Shown here: piece by piece, positions 10,589 through 22,083 of the stretch
How the letters are laid out: every line of letters starts with the position of its first letter
Position numbering within the stretch: the stretch's first letter is position 1
NCBI GenBank assembly: GCA_043228905.1
Contig: JBHGNT010000018.1
Span: 16,244,001 to 16,308,000 of the forward strand
Reading direction: 5' to 3'
Origin: Azolla caroliniana
Lineage: Eukaryota > Plantae > Polypodiophyta
Length of the DNA stretch: 64,000 nt
Program-made: the position numbers and the translations under genes
The notes under the pieces: generated by a model
The model's input: only the letters and a program-made list of their open reading frames with translations
Told to the model about the DNA's origin: nothing
Databases searched by the model: none

Positions 10589-11008
10589 TGTTACCGGCCG
10601 GCAAGGAGTCCAAATTACGGAGTGAAGGAATTAATTAGATATGGTTGTAGATGAGCATAGTGTGGACGGACGGACTGGAAACGGTATGCCGTTCCAGATC
10701 CGGACGGATCCCGAATAGGTGCGAGAGGCACCGTTTTGTACTACGGGCCGGAAACCTATTTAAAGGCCCGGACCCCATTGTAATGACAGCGGATAATTAA
10801 TAGAGATTCTGATGTTTATACTTCTGTCTTGATTTCCGTTCTGTAATTACTGTTATATCTTACGCGTGTAATTAACCAAAGCAATCTAATCGTGAAACCT
10901 ACGTAAGTCGGTGTAATCGTTGAATCTTAATCCTATGCCGTAATCACCCTTTGGTGAAGTGTCTCCGGGACACCTTGTGTTAGGCCTTGTCCGGCTAAGA
11001 GAATAACA
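10589..11008 (+). repeat. 3' LTR of G1
   Basis: Direct repeat of 1134-1553. Confidence 0.96.
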
Positions 11009-12560
11009 GACCACTCCTACGACATAGGATAGGTTGGGTCGGGTCGCCACCATTGCGTACATGATACTTCCTACGGCCGATGCGTAGGGCATCTTTCCAT
11101 TAAGCTCTCTCTCCTTGTCCGTTGAAGCAGAGTCTCTGTCCGATAGTCGGATCGACGTTAGAAGCGGTGTTGGTGTTGGCTTCACATTCTCCATATTGAA
11201 GCACTTCAGCACCTTCCAGGTATAGTCGAACAGGGAGAGTCAGAGAGTCTTGGTCGTCCAATTTCGCTCGATCCTCATGCCCAGTATGTGACGGGTTGTC
11301 CGAGATCCTTCATCGCGAACTTGTCGTGAAGGCTCCGCTTCAGATTTCCGATCTCTGCTTGATTGCTTCCTGCAATCAGCATATCGTCAACATATAGGAT
11401 CAGATAAATCCTAGACTCATCGGCCAGTTGCCGAATGTACATGCATGGGTTAGAGTTGGATCGGTGCTATCCAAGTTACTTGATGTAGGAGTCAAACTTC
11501 TGGTACCACATCCTCAACTCTTGTTTCAAGCCATATAGACTTTTCTTTAACCGACATACAAGGTGACTGTCCTCCCCCGTCGTCGTGAAGCCTGCCAGTT
11601 GAGACATGCAGATGTCTTCTTCCAGATCTTCGTGTAGGAATGCCGTCTTTACATCCAGCTGCTCTAGCTCTAGGTCTTCTATCGCCACAACTCCTAGTAA
11701 GAGTCGAAGGGTGGTCATCTCGTCGTAGTCGACCCTGTATTCTTGTTTGAATCCCTTCGAGACGAGCCGAGCTTTGTACTTGGGTTTTCTGAGTCGAATA
11801 CATATTTGTATTGGAAAACCCATTTGCAAGGTAGCGGCTTCCTTCCAACTGGTAGTTCAACCAGCTCCCATGTCAGATTCTTGTGAATCAAGTTCATTTT
11901 GGATCTCATGGCTTGTAGCCATGTGTCGGCATCCGTTGTGGCCATAACTTCTTCATAAGTGTTTGGTTCGCCTGCATCAATGTAGTTGACGTAGTTGAGG
12001 CCCGGTTGATAGAACTATGTCGGCCTTCGAGCTCGTCTAGATCTTCTGGGTGCTGAGATAAGTGGTTCGGATTCTTCGATCGGCATTGTAGGTCGATCAA
12101 TACTTGTTGAACCGTTTGTGTCAGGAGTCTTGTTGGGTGACCTGCCCCCAAGTCGGGAGTTCAGTGGTGTCATGTTGTCCTCCCCTATGGACTTTGTCGA
12201 CTCGGTTCTGTTTCCTACTCGCATCTTGTTGAATTTTCTTGATTTGATTCTTGTCAAATTGGATCTATCGTTGATGGCTTTGTCTTCGAGTTCGACTAGT
12301 GGACTTCCTACCGATTCGGAGTCAGCAGGTATGTTGTCGGCTTGGCCGAGTTCAACTACTTGTCGAATCTCTGATTCGGCTTGGTGGATCGCTCTTTCTA
12401 CGACGTCCCTATCGTCTTTGAAAGATACCTTTTTCCCTACTATTTTTTATTGGTTCCGTTGAGAGAAGATTGAGTCTTCTTTGAAGACTACGTCACTGCT
12501 CCGATCAATTTCCGGTTCTCAGGGTCCCATAGCTGGTAGCCAAAGTCCCCATCGGTTCCG

Positions 12561-15500
12561 TGTTGAAAAAACAGTGCTCGGCCACAACCGAGGAATAGGA
12601 TCAACACACAGAAAACGGGAAATACAAAGTGCACGAGGACAATAGGGAGAAAGGTACACTGGATATTTTACGTGGAAAACCCTAAATGGGAAAAAACCAC
12701 GGGAGTCCTCAAACTCCAACTATCACTATGAACAGGGATGTACACTGGTGAAGCTACAAGGCAACAACCTTGAGCTCACTGTCTTCGCCACAGGCGGCGG
12801 TAATACACAGAGGCAACGACCTCTTCGTCTCTCCCTCTCTCTCTCTCACTCGGCTGCTCTCACTCTTCACTCCTCTTGAGTGGAAAAACAGAAAAATGAG
12901 AAGCAACGTCAACTGTTTGCCCTAAGTCATATTTATACACATATGACTTTCGGGCCATTTACAAATATAGCCTCAAGGGCCCTTGGCAAACATATTCACA
13001 AATATGTCCCCGCATCCGGATCTCTCTCCGGGTACATAAGTCATCCGGCTCCGCAACCGGGGTCTTCATCATCCGGCTCCGTAACCGGGGTCTTCATCAT
13101 CCGGCTCCGTAACCGGGTACTCTTCATCACCCGGTTCCGTAACGGCCTCCGGGCTTGCCGTCATTCATCTCCGGACATCCCATCCGGAGGGACCGAAATC
13201 CCAACAAACTCCCCCTTCACTTCGGCATGGGATGTCTCTCCAACCCGATCCTCTTCCGGCATGCTTCCAGCTTGTCGGGTGTGAGCACCTTGGTCAGCAT
13301 ATCCGACCCGTTCTCGTCCGTGTGGATCTTCGTCAGCACGAGCTCCTTGTCTTCTATCCTTTCCCGGATCCGGTGGTATCTACGCTGGATGTGCTTCGTC
13401 CGGGAGTGATAGGCCGCGTTCTTCGCAAGGTGGATGGCACTCTGACTGTCGCAGTAGAGTCGGTACTCCTCCTGCCGGATACCGAGCTCTCTAATGAAGT
13501 CCTTCATCCATATTATTTCCTTGCCGGCTTCAACAGCCGCCATGTACTCCGCCTCCGTGGTTGACAACGCAACCGTCTTCTGCAGCCTCGACTGCCACGA
13601 AACAGCTCCCCCTGCATACGTCATCACATACCCTGATGTGGACCGGCTGGTATCTGCATCAGCCGACATGTCCGAATCGGTAAAGACGTCGAGTTCGGGC
13701 TTACCGGAGCCGAATCGGAGGCACACGTTTGCCGTGCCCTTCAGGTATCGGAGTATCCACTTGGCCGCGTTCCAGTGCTCTTTGCCGGGATTGCTCATGT
13801 ACCGGCTCACCACTCCGACTGCATATCCTATGTCCGGTCTCGTACACACCATGGCGTACATCAGGCTTCCGACGGCAGAGGCATATGGCACTTTCATCAT
13901 GTCCTCCTTCTCAGCCTTTGTCTTGGGACTTTGCTTGTTGGACAGCTTGCAGTTTGCCGGGAGGGTCGATCCGACCGGTCTTGCTTCCGACATGTTGAAC
14001 CGTTTAAGCACCTTTGTCACGTACTTTTCCTGTGACAGCCACAACTGCTTCTTGCTCCGGTTCCGGATGATGTGCATCCCTAGTATTTGTCTCGCCGGAC
14101 CCAGGTCCTTCATTGAGAAGGTTCGGTGAAGAGCCTTCTTCAGCATCCGTATCTTGACCTGGTCCCGTCCGACGATCAACATGTCGTCCACGTACAGGAG
14201 GAGTATTAGAAAGTCTCCTCCTTCGAACTTCTTCACAAACACACAGTGGTCGGACTGCGTTTTGAGGTACCCTTCGTCGGTCATGAAGGAGTCGAACTTC
14301 CGGTACCATTGCCGGGGAGCCTGCTTCAGTCCGTAAAGGCTCTTCTTCAACCGGCATACCAGGTGCTCCTTCCCTTTCTTCTCGAATCCTTCCGGTTGAT
14401 GCATGTAGATCTCTTCTTCGAGGTCACCGTGAAGGAATGCCGTCTTCACGTCCATCTGTTCTACCTCGAGGTCCATGCTTGCCGCTATGCTCAGCACCGT
14501 CCGGATGGAGGTCATCTTCACTACCGGGGCAAATATCTCGTCGAAGTCGACGCCCTTCTTCTGCTGGAACCCCTTCACCACGATCCTGGCTTTGTATCTC
14601 GGGGGGTTTCCGGCATCTCCCGGTTTCAGCTTGAACACCCACTTGTTTCGAAGTGCCCGCTTTCCTTTCGGCAACTCCACAAGTTCATATGTGTGGTTCT
14701 CATGCAGGGAATCCATCTCCTCCTGCATGGCACTTAACCACCTGCGGCTATGGGTGTCAAGCTTTGCTTCTTCAAAACTCTCCGGCTCCCCCTCGTCGGT
14801 TAGCAGCACGTGCTCTGGTTCCGGAAATCTCCGGGGGGCCCTTCTCTCTCTTAGAGGATATCTCCGTTCCGGAGCTTCGGTAACCGGCTCCTCCGTTTTC
14901 TCTTCATCCGAATCCATTTCGGGATCGGGGCCGGTTCCGGTATCAGTTTCGTCTTCCTCGGCCGGTTCTGTTTCTTCACCGTCTTCGGCCGGATCCTCGA
15001 GTGCTAACCAGTCCCTTGCCGGTCGGGACTGCTCTTCGTAGAGTTGATCCTCACCGGTCGACTTGGAGCTCTTCATCTTCTTCTCCGACTCCCAGTCGGC
15101 GAGTGTCTTGTCCTCCATGAAGATGATATCTCGACTCCTGAATATCTTCTTGTCGACCGGGTCCCATACTCGGTAGCCGAACTCGTCGTCGCCGTAACCG
15201 AGGAATATGCATGGCCGGGTCTTCGGATCTAGCTTTCCTCTCCGGTCCTTTGCCACATGCACGTATGCGAGACACCCGAACACCTTCAGATGCCGGTAGG
15301 ATACTTCCCTACCGGTCCACACTCTCTGCGGCGTGTCTCCGTCCAAAGGTACTGAGGGTGATCTGTTTATCACGTATGTCGCCGTCGACATTGCCTCAGC
15401 CCAAAACCCCTTGGGTAATTTCGCATGCGCCAGCATAGTCCGGACCCTCTCCATTATGGTCCGGTTCATCCTCTCGGCCAGCCCGTTCAATTCCGGCGTC

Positions 15501-17997
15501 TTCGGCACAGTAAACTCGAGCCGGATTCCCTTCGAGCGACAGTACTCCTGGAACTGCCCCCGGTATTCCCCTCCGTTATCCGCTCGTATCGCTTTCAGCT
15601 TCTTGCCGGATTCCCTTTCCACTCTCGCGTGGAGTTCTTTGAAGACGGGCAATACTTGGTCCTTTGTCTTCAACGGTGCCATCCACAGCTTCCGGCTGTG
15701 GTCATCAATGAATGTCACGAAGTACTGGGCTCCGCCATGTGACTTCGTCTCTACTTGACACACGTCAGTGTGCACCAACTCCAATGGTGCGCTACGTCTC
15801 GTCGGTGGCCTTGTGTGGAAGGAGGTCCGGTTTTGCTTACCGGCCAGACAGTCGGTACACTTCCCCAAGTGTACATGCTTTACCGGTATCAGGTTGTCTT
15901 CGGCAAGCCTCTTCATCCCCTTCTCACTCATGTGGCACAGTCTTTTGTGCCACAGCTCACCGGCAGTGTCGGCTGCCACATTCAGCTCTTCCGGACATAA
16001 ACGGGCATTCATCAGGTACAGTGTGTTGTCTTTCCGGGCCCGAGCCACTATCAGGCTCCCCTTGCTGAACTTCATTTCGCCGTTCCGGATGCTACCCGTG
16101 TAGCCTTCATCGTCTAGCCTCCCGGCCGAAATCAGGTTCAATCGAACCTCCGGAACGTGTCGGACATCCTTCAGCAGCATTTTGCATCCGGTCGGGGTTG
16201 TCAACCACACGTCTCCTATGCCGGCAATCCGGCACGTACCTTCATTTCCCATCCGAACACAGCCATGCTCACCGGCTGTGTAGGATGAGAAGTATCTTTT
16301 CTCCGGGGTCAGGTGGAACGATGCTCCGGAATCGACCACCCAGGTCGTCTCATCGCCGACAATGTTTAGTTCACCTTCTTCGGTGATAAGCATGATTTCT
16401 TCCTCACTTGCCGCGAGTGCCATCGTTCCTTTCCGGTCCTGCCCTCGCCGATCCGGACCTCTCCGGTCCGTGGCTCCCCGGTATGCACCGTTTCTCTCCG
16501 GTGACTTCTTCGAATCGGTGTCGTCGGCTCCGTTGTCCTTTCGGTAATGCCGACAATTCTTCCGGAAGTGCCCCGGCTTCCCACAGTGGAAGCATGTGGG
16601 TCTTCCTCTTGACTGCGACCGGGTCCCCGACTTCTCCCGTCTTTGCGGACTCCGGTTCCATTGTCTTCCCCGTTCCGATTCGGTAAGCAGCGCCTTCGAG
16701 TCGGAGGCCGGTTCTTTATCTCTCCGACGCGCTTCTTCGTTCAAAATTCTTGTCTTTACCGTTTGTAGAGACAAGTTATCTTCGGTGCAGGAGGTGCTGA
16801 GAGTCACCACCAAGTTCTCCCAGCTTTTCGGCAATGTACACATCAGAATGATGGCTTGCATTGCATCCTCCAACGGGAACTTGATCGCCGCAAGCTGGTT
16901 CACGAATCCCATGAACGTGCTCACATGTTCCACCATATTCTCGCCGTCCCGGTACTTGAGGTTCACTATCTTCCTCATCAGGGAGGTCCGGTTCAACGCA
17001 TTCTTCCTCTCGTAGAGGCCCGACAGCTTCTTCCACATCTCATATGCGTTGGTGTCGTTCGCCACATGTTGTAGGACGCTTACATCGACATATTGCCGGA
17101 TCGTCGCTACGGCTTTCCGGTTCAGGAGCTTCCACTCCGACTCTATTACTCCCTTGGGTATCTCGGCATTGTCGATCGGTTCGTACAGGTCTCGGACGAT
17201 GAGAAGGTCTTCCATCTTTATCTTCCAGTCGGCGTAGTTCTGTGAGTTCAACACCATCATGCCCGGAGGCCCACTACCGCCGCCTTCCATTTTCTGTGTT
17301 ACCGTCGCTCTGATACCAATTTGTTGAAAAAACAGTGCTCGGCCACAACCGAGGAATAGGATCAACACACAGAAAACGGGAAATACAAAGTGCACGAGGA
17401 CAATAGGGAGAAAGGTACACTGGATATTTTACGTGGAAAACCCTAAATGGGAAAAAACCACGGGAGTCCTCAAACTCCAACTATCACTATGAACAGGGAT
17501 GTACACTGGTGAAGCTACAAGGCAACAACCTTGAGCTCACTGTCTTCGCCACAGGCGTCGGTAATACACAGAGGCAACGACCTCTTCGTCTCTCTCTCTC
17601 TCTCTCTCTCACTCGGCTGCTCTCACTCTTCACTCCTCTTGAGTGGAAAAACAGAAAAATGAGAAGCAACGTCAACTGTTTGCCCTAAGTCATATTTATA
17701 CACATATGACTTTCGGGCCATTTACAAATATAGCCTCAAGGGCCCTTGGCAAACATATTCACAAATATGTCCCCGCATCCGGATCTCTCTCCGGGTACAT
17801 ACGTCATCTGGCTCCGCAACCGGGGTCTTCATCATCCGGCTCCGTAACCGGGGTCTTCATCATCCGGCTCCGTAACCGGGGTCTTCATCATCCGGCTCCG
17901 TAACCGGGTACTCTTCATCACCCGGTTCCGTAACGGCCTCCGGGCTTGCCGTCATTCATCTCCGGACATCCCATCCGGAGGGACCGAAATCCCAACA
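12561..17997 (-). mobile_element. Ty1/Copia element B1 (Tnt1-like, Tork/TAR group), intact
   Basis: LTRs 12561-13206 (646 bp) and 17322-17997 (676 bp), about 4 substitutions plus one extra 28-bp unit and one CT; TSD TTCCG; PBS iMet 17307-17318; PPT 13207-13216. Confidence 0.96.
13217..17290 (-). CDS. gag-pol: Copia B1 Gag-Pol, 1357 aa, uninterrupted
   Basis: ATG (MEGGGSG) just after the PBS; CFHCGKPGHFRKNC, WVVDSGAS, LWHKRLCH, RADNGGEY, QMDVKTAFLHG, YVDD, RTKHI; stop abuts the PPT. Confidence 0.96.
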   Translation of the reverse strand: MEGGGSGPPGMMVLNSQNYADWKIKMEDLLIVRDLYEPIDNAEIPKGVIESEWKLLNRKAVATIRQYVDVSVLQHVANDTNAYEMWKKLSGLYERKNALNRTSLMRKIVNLKYRDGENMVEHVSTFMGFVNQLAAIKFPLEDAMQAIILMCTLPKSWENLVVTLSTSCTEDNLSLQTVKTRILNEEARRRDKEPASDSKALLTESERGRQWNRSPQRREKSGTRSQSRGRPTCFHCGKPGHFRKNCRHYRKDNGADDTDSKKSPERNGAYRGATDRRGPDRRGQDRKGTMALAASEEEIMLITEEGELNIVGDETTWVVDSGASFHLTPEKRYFSSYTAGEHGCVRMGNEGTCRIAGIGDVWLTTPTGCKMLLKDVRHVPEVRLNLISAGRLDDEGYTGSIRNGEMKFSKGSLIVARARKDNTLYLMNARLCPEELNVAADTAGELWHKRLCHMSEKGMKRLAEDNLIPVKHVHLGKCTDCLAGKQNRTSFHTRPPTRRSAPLELVHTDVCQVETKSHGGAQYFVTFIDDHSRKLWMAPLKTKDQVLPVFKELHARVERESGKKLKAIRADNGGEYRGQFQEYCRSKGIRLEFTVPKTPELNGLAERMNRTIMERVRTMLAHAKLPKGFWAEAMSTATYVINRSPSVPLDGDTPQRVWTGREVSYRHLKVFGCLAYVHVAKDRRGKLDPKTRPCIFLGYGDDEFGYRVWDPVDKKIFRSRDIIFMEDKTLADWESEKKMKSSKSTGEDQLYEEQSRPARDWLALEDPAEDGEETEPAEEDETDTGTGPDPEMDSDEEKTEEPVTEAPERRYPLRERRAPRRFPEPEHVLLTDEGEPESFEEAKLDTHSRRWLSAMQEEMDSLHENHTYELVELPKGKRALRNKWVFKLKPGDAGNPPRYKARIVVKGFQQKKGVDFDEIFAPVVKMTSIRTVLSIAASMDLEVEQMDVKTAFLHGDLEEEIYMHQPEGFEKKGKEHLVCRLKKSLYGLKQAPRQWYRKFDSFMTDEGYLKTQSDHCVFVKKFEGGDFLILLLYVDDMLIVGRDQVKIRMLKKALHRTFSMKDLGPARQILGMHIIRNRSKKQLWLSQEKYVTKVLKRFNMSEARPVGSTLPANCKLSNKQSPKTKAEKEDMMKVPYASAVGSLMYAMVCTRPDIGYAVGVVSRYMSNPGKEHWNAAKWILRYLKGTANVCLRFGSGKPELDVFTDSDMSADADTSRSTSGYVMTYAGGAVSWQSRLQKTVALSTTEAEYMAAVEAGKEIIWMKDFIRELGIRQEEYRLYCDSQSAIHLAKNAAYHSRTKHIQRRYHRIRERIEDKELVLTKIHTDENGSDMLTKVLTPDKLEACRKRIGLERHPMPK

Positions 17998-20221
17998 TTC
18001 CGTAACCGAGAAATATGCATTTCATTGCATGGGGTGCCAACTTGGTCCTTTTCTCCCTGGGGATGAACGCTTAGGCTTCGCATCTGAATACACGACGGAG
18101 CCTATCGTAGGTCAGATGTTTGCCAGAACATAGTGCCTGGGGCACTTCGAGCCTGATTGCTCTTGATGGAGCCAGATTTATCAGGTATATTGCCGTTTGC
18201 AATGCCTCGACCCAGAATTCCAGCTTTAGTCTGGTTTGCTGGAGCATTGCCATCACCCTCTCCTGGATCATTTTGTTGATCCGTTTTGCCACTCCATTTT
18301 GCATGGGTGTGTAGGGAACAGTCTTTTGGTGTCGGATCCCTTTGTCGGATAGGTACTGTTTGAAGGCTTTGGAGGTGTACTCGCCTCCATTGTAGGATTA
18401 GAGTGTCTTCATTGTGTATCCCAACCAGTTCTCCACTTCAGATGTCCATCGAGTGAAGACCTCGAGCGCTTTGTCTTTGGACTTGATGGAGTATGCCCAA
18501 ACTTTTCGTGTACAATCATCTATGAATGTGATGAAGTACCAAGAGCCTCCTAGTGATTGCTCTGGCATGGGCCCACATATGTATGTGTGCACGAGCTCTA
18601 GGGGCTGTCGTACCGTCTCGTAGTGGAGAGAGTGCGAACTTTGGGTCTGTTTCCCATATCGGCAATGCTCACAGAAGTCTGTCTTTGCTTGGAGTTTCGG
18701 GGTGTAGCCAACCGTCATCAGCCGATTGAGTCCAGCTTGAGACATATGGCCGAGTCAGTCGTGCCATAGGTTTGGCTCGGTCTTTTCGGCTACGTTCACG
18801 GCCCCTTCTGGATTGATCGCCATTAGTGGGTACAGGTTGTTGTACTTGTGCCCACCTCCTATCTTCAGGTTTCCTCGGCTGATCATCCGTACTGACTCAC
18901 TTAGAGTCATTTTGTACCCGTCTTCGGTTAGCATGCCGATGGAGATCAGACTCCTTTTCAGATAAGGTACGTGCCGAACTCGGTGCAGGGTTATTATGTT
19001 GCCATTTGACAATCGGATGGGTACCTCTCCGATCCCTGCGATTCTGCACTCTTGCCCGTTGCTTAGTCAGACTATGCCGCGATCGTCGGTTGAATAGTTC
19101 GAAAACCATTCAATGTTGGGGGTCACATGGAATGTGGCACCGGAATCCAGTAGCCACTGCGTGTGCATCCTGTGCAATGTAGAGGACTTCTTCGATCACT
19201 GAATCCTCTACGGAGAGAACTTCTCTTGATCGGGAGTCAGCAAAGTTGATTTGGTTGTCAGTTGGAGAGTGGTCCGAGTTGGGTCTTCCTCGATTCTGCT
19301 CGAATCACCGACCACTCTCTTTCCTCTTGATCGACCAACAGTCGGAAACATTGTGGTCAACTTTTCTGCAGTGTGTGTAGAATTCACCTGATCGGCCCAT
19401 TCTCGACTTTGACCGCTGTCGGTGTCCCCTCATTTTTGATCGGTTGGTATTCCGACCGGTTTTGTCGGCTTGTTCTCTCGTATGACTCTATCGGTCGAAC
19501 GACTTAGTCGAGTGATGGGCTTCTACCGATTCATCGATGGTAAGTCCCATTGATTTTCGTTAAATGTCCTCGGTGAGGACTTGGCCGATCATCTCATCCA
19601 GATTTAGGGTTAGTTGACTATTGGTGTATGTCGTGCAGAATACCTCCCAACTTGAACTCGCTGGCAAGCTCGATAGGAGGGCAAAAGCTTTCACTTCTTC
19701 TTCGAAGTTGATCCCTTGTGAGGAGAGTTCTGACAACACTCGGCTCAAGGTGTTGATGTGGGAGGTAGCTGGATCGGTTTCTCTCATCTTCATGTTGAAC
19801 AATTGTTTGATCAAAATCAGTTTTGAAGATGAGGACTTTTTCTCGTACATGGCTTGTAGTTTCTCTCATAGTGAGAACGCTATCGTCTCTTTTGCCATGC
19901 TGAAGTAGACATTTTCGGCTAGGTGCATTCGAATGGTGGAGCGTGCAATTTCATCCATTAATCACCACTCATCGGCTGACATTGAAGCAGGATTTTCGGA
20001 GTGTCGAATGGCCTCAAACTGTCTTCGAATAATCAGTACGTCCTACACCATCTCCTTCAGACATAGGGCAAAGTTTTTGCCGTCGAATTTTAGGATCTCA
20101 ACTCCTGAACCGGATGTTGATGCCATGATTCTTTCGGAGGTGAGATTTACTAACGTGGTCTTTTCTTTTAGCCTTTTCTGTTGTTTGTTGTTGCCAAGCA
20201 ACAGATCGCTCTGATACCAGT

Positions 20222-20497
20222 TGAATCATAAGTGTATGCGGAAACATATGAGGATCTGTCTTCATTCGCACTCAGAAAACAACATAGAAAGAGAAGCAAA
20301 GATATACATAGATTGAAGCTTTAATGGAAGCTCTATTACGTTCTTTGTCTCTCTCTCTTAGAGACTCGATATCCGATACATGATCAAGAAGATTATTCTT
20401 TACAACATTAGGTTATTGCTTATATACTAAGCCCTAACTATGTGGACGAGTTCACACTATGATACAAAGTGGAGGGAGTCGGCCTCTTATGCCAAAA
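20222..20497 (-). repeat. 5' LTR of Copia A1
   Basis: Matches 48-302; adjacent to the PBS; terminal ACA mutated to AAA. Confidence 0.88.
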
Positions 20498-20723
20498 ATA
20501 GTTACATCCATTAATTCCCTTTGGAATTCCTCATTTAATTTATTCAATTCCACAAGAATATCTGCCAATAGATGTAACATAAATTGCACTTGAAATATAG
20601 TAGCATACTCGTACCATTTTTTCTCATGTTTTTGTCATTGGTCTAAAATTGCAGGCATAAGTGTAACCATCTTATGAAGTGAATTTGAAGCACCTTCAAA
20701 TCACCCTTACCATGTCGTTTCAT
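20498..20723 (-). pseudogene. hAT transposase fragment (continues into 1-47)
   Basis: Minus-strand translation KRHG...KVLQIHFIRW...MPAILDQ...FQVQFMLHLLADILVELNKLNEEFQRELMDVT joins across the ATAGT TSD to MLGVHLDII at 1-47. Confidence 0.7.
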
Positions 20724-22083
20724 TATTTCTTTAGCTCGTTGTGCCTATTAGTTGACTTTTGATGTTGATGAAGAGAGAGAGAAAAAAGATAGAGAAGAGA
20801 AGAGGAAGAAAAAAGAATACTTCAACATACTATTAAGAAAAGAATACAATCCTCTTAGACACCAAGAGGAGCAACTCCAAATAACTACTTCAATATACTA
20901 TTACTAAAATAGTCTTTTTGCCTTCTCTCTTTCTTCTACTAATTGTCTTCCCAGTTCTTCTAATCTTCTTCTTTTTCCTCACTTCTTCTTCTTCACTTCT
21001 TCTTGTAGATATTCTATTCTTCCTCCATCCCCCATATTGCTAAGAATACCGCATATTTATAGGTTTTTAGTTGCGTTATTCTTGCTTTTTTCTTTTCTTT
21101 TCTTTTACATATCCTCGAGTTTGTGTGATGCGTTTTTCATATAATTATTTCTGGGTTTTCATCCAAAATTTTCATACAAGAAAGCTCTCTTTGTCAGCTT
21201 TCTTACGAATCTTTTCTTTTGAAATTTGGATGAGAGATGAAGAAGTTATGAGCTTTTTTCTCTACTTTGCTTTTTCTGCTTAATTTCCTGCGTTTTTCTT
21301 CTTTTTCTTTTTTTCTGCTTTTTCTACTTTTGAAAAACGCCTCTAACTTTATTTCTCTTCAATTTCATTTATCTTTTAACTCTTGAACCTTTTATATTGT
21401 GCTTTATTCTTCTATACCTTCGCATCCAATGTATTTGTCACGGTCTTTTCCTATGAGCAAAAATTGACTTCATAGATGTAATGAATGCGCGGAGGTAAGT
21501 AAGGACCTGTAGGTTATGTGCTCGTCAAACAACACAGAGAATATGATAGAAGAAAATGATTGAAACGTAGACATAGTTTCATCTCAATGGAAGATTTCTT
21601 TATTCATTGTTCTCTATCCTTGAGACTCAAGATTCAAGAAGAGGATTGGTTTACAACGTTAGGTTATTACTTATATGTTAAGCCCTAACTCTTTAGACGG
21701 GTTCATACTAGAATACAAAGTGGAAGGAGTCGGCCTTTTATGCCAACAAACTCCCCCGTAGGACTACTCTTTCCTACATGTACAAGTGATTGGGGTTATC
21801 TCCACCATAAACCTAGATTACAAAATTAATCTAAATTTATATTACAAGTCAATCGGCATGTAGCCGAGTTGGAAAAGCTGAAGTCAATGTCTAGCCTGAT
21901 TCGGCTGGTTCGAGTCAGTCGAATCGACTTGTTAGAATCGTTCTTCGTTCGAATCGATCCGATTTGTCAAAGTCAGCTTGTGTTCAATTCTCGACTTTAT
22001 TATTCGTAGCTCGCTTGTTTCTGCTCTTCTGCTCCTCGCTGGATCCTCAATCTGTATCCTCACTTAGTGTTATTTCTTCAACC

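Larger units (their letters stand above)
1134..11008 (+). mobile_element. Ty3/Gypsy LTR retrotransposon G1 (non-chromovirus, Athila/Phygy-like), intact and very young, with extra 3' ORF
   Basis: 420-bp LTRs at 1134-1553 and 10589-11008 with no difference found by eye; TGTTA...TAACA ends; TSD GACCA at 1129-1133 and 11009-11013; PR-RT-RH-INT order, no chromodomain or second RNase H seen. Confidence 0.96.
540..20126 (-). pseudogene. Copia A1 gag-pol, fragmented by stops, frameshifts and two nested insertions
   Basis: ORF fragments carry YEKKSSSSK (gag), ELVHTYICGP (INT), EQLDVKTAFLH and LKKSLYGLKQ (RT), PYASAVGSIMYAMV. Confidence 0.88.
48..20497 (-). mobile_element. Ty1/Copia LTR retrotransposon, family A copy A1 (decayed; hosts G1 and B1)
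   Basis: LTR pair 48-302 and 20222-20497; TSD ATAGT at 43-47 and 20498-20502; PBS TGGTATCAGAGC (tRNA-iMet) at 20208-20219 (-); PPT at 303-311 (-); Copia order gag-PR-INT-RT-RH in minus-strand fragments. Confidence 0.92.

Noticed and set aside
10500-10590. A complete tRNA gene before the 3' LTR
   Set aside because: No 5' acceptor strand, D-arm or anticodon arm is visible; only the 3' portion is tRNA-like
13232-17237. Many antisense and alternate-frame ORFs over the gag-pol genes (also in G1, B2, B3, E)
   Set aside because: Shadow ORFs expected from GC-rich, stop-poor codon usage; no recognisable domains
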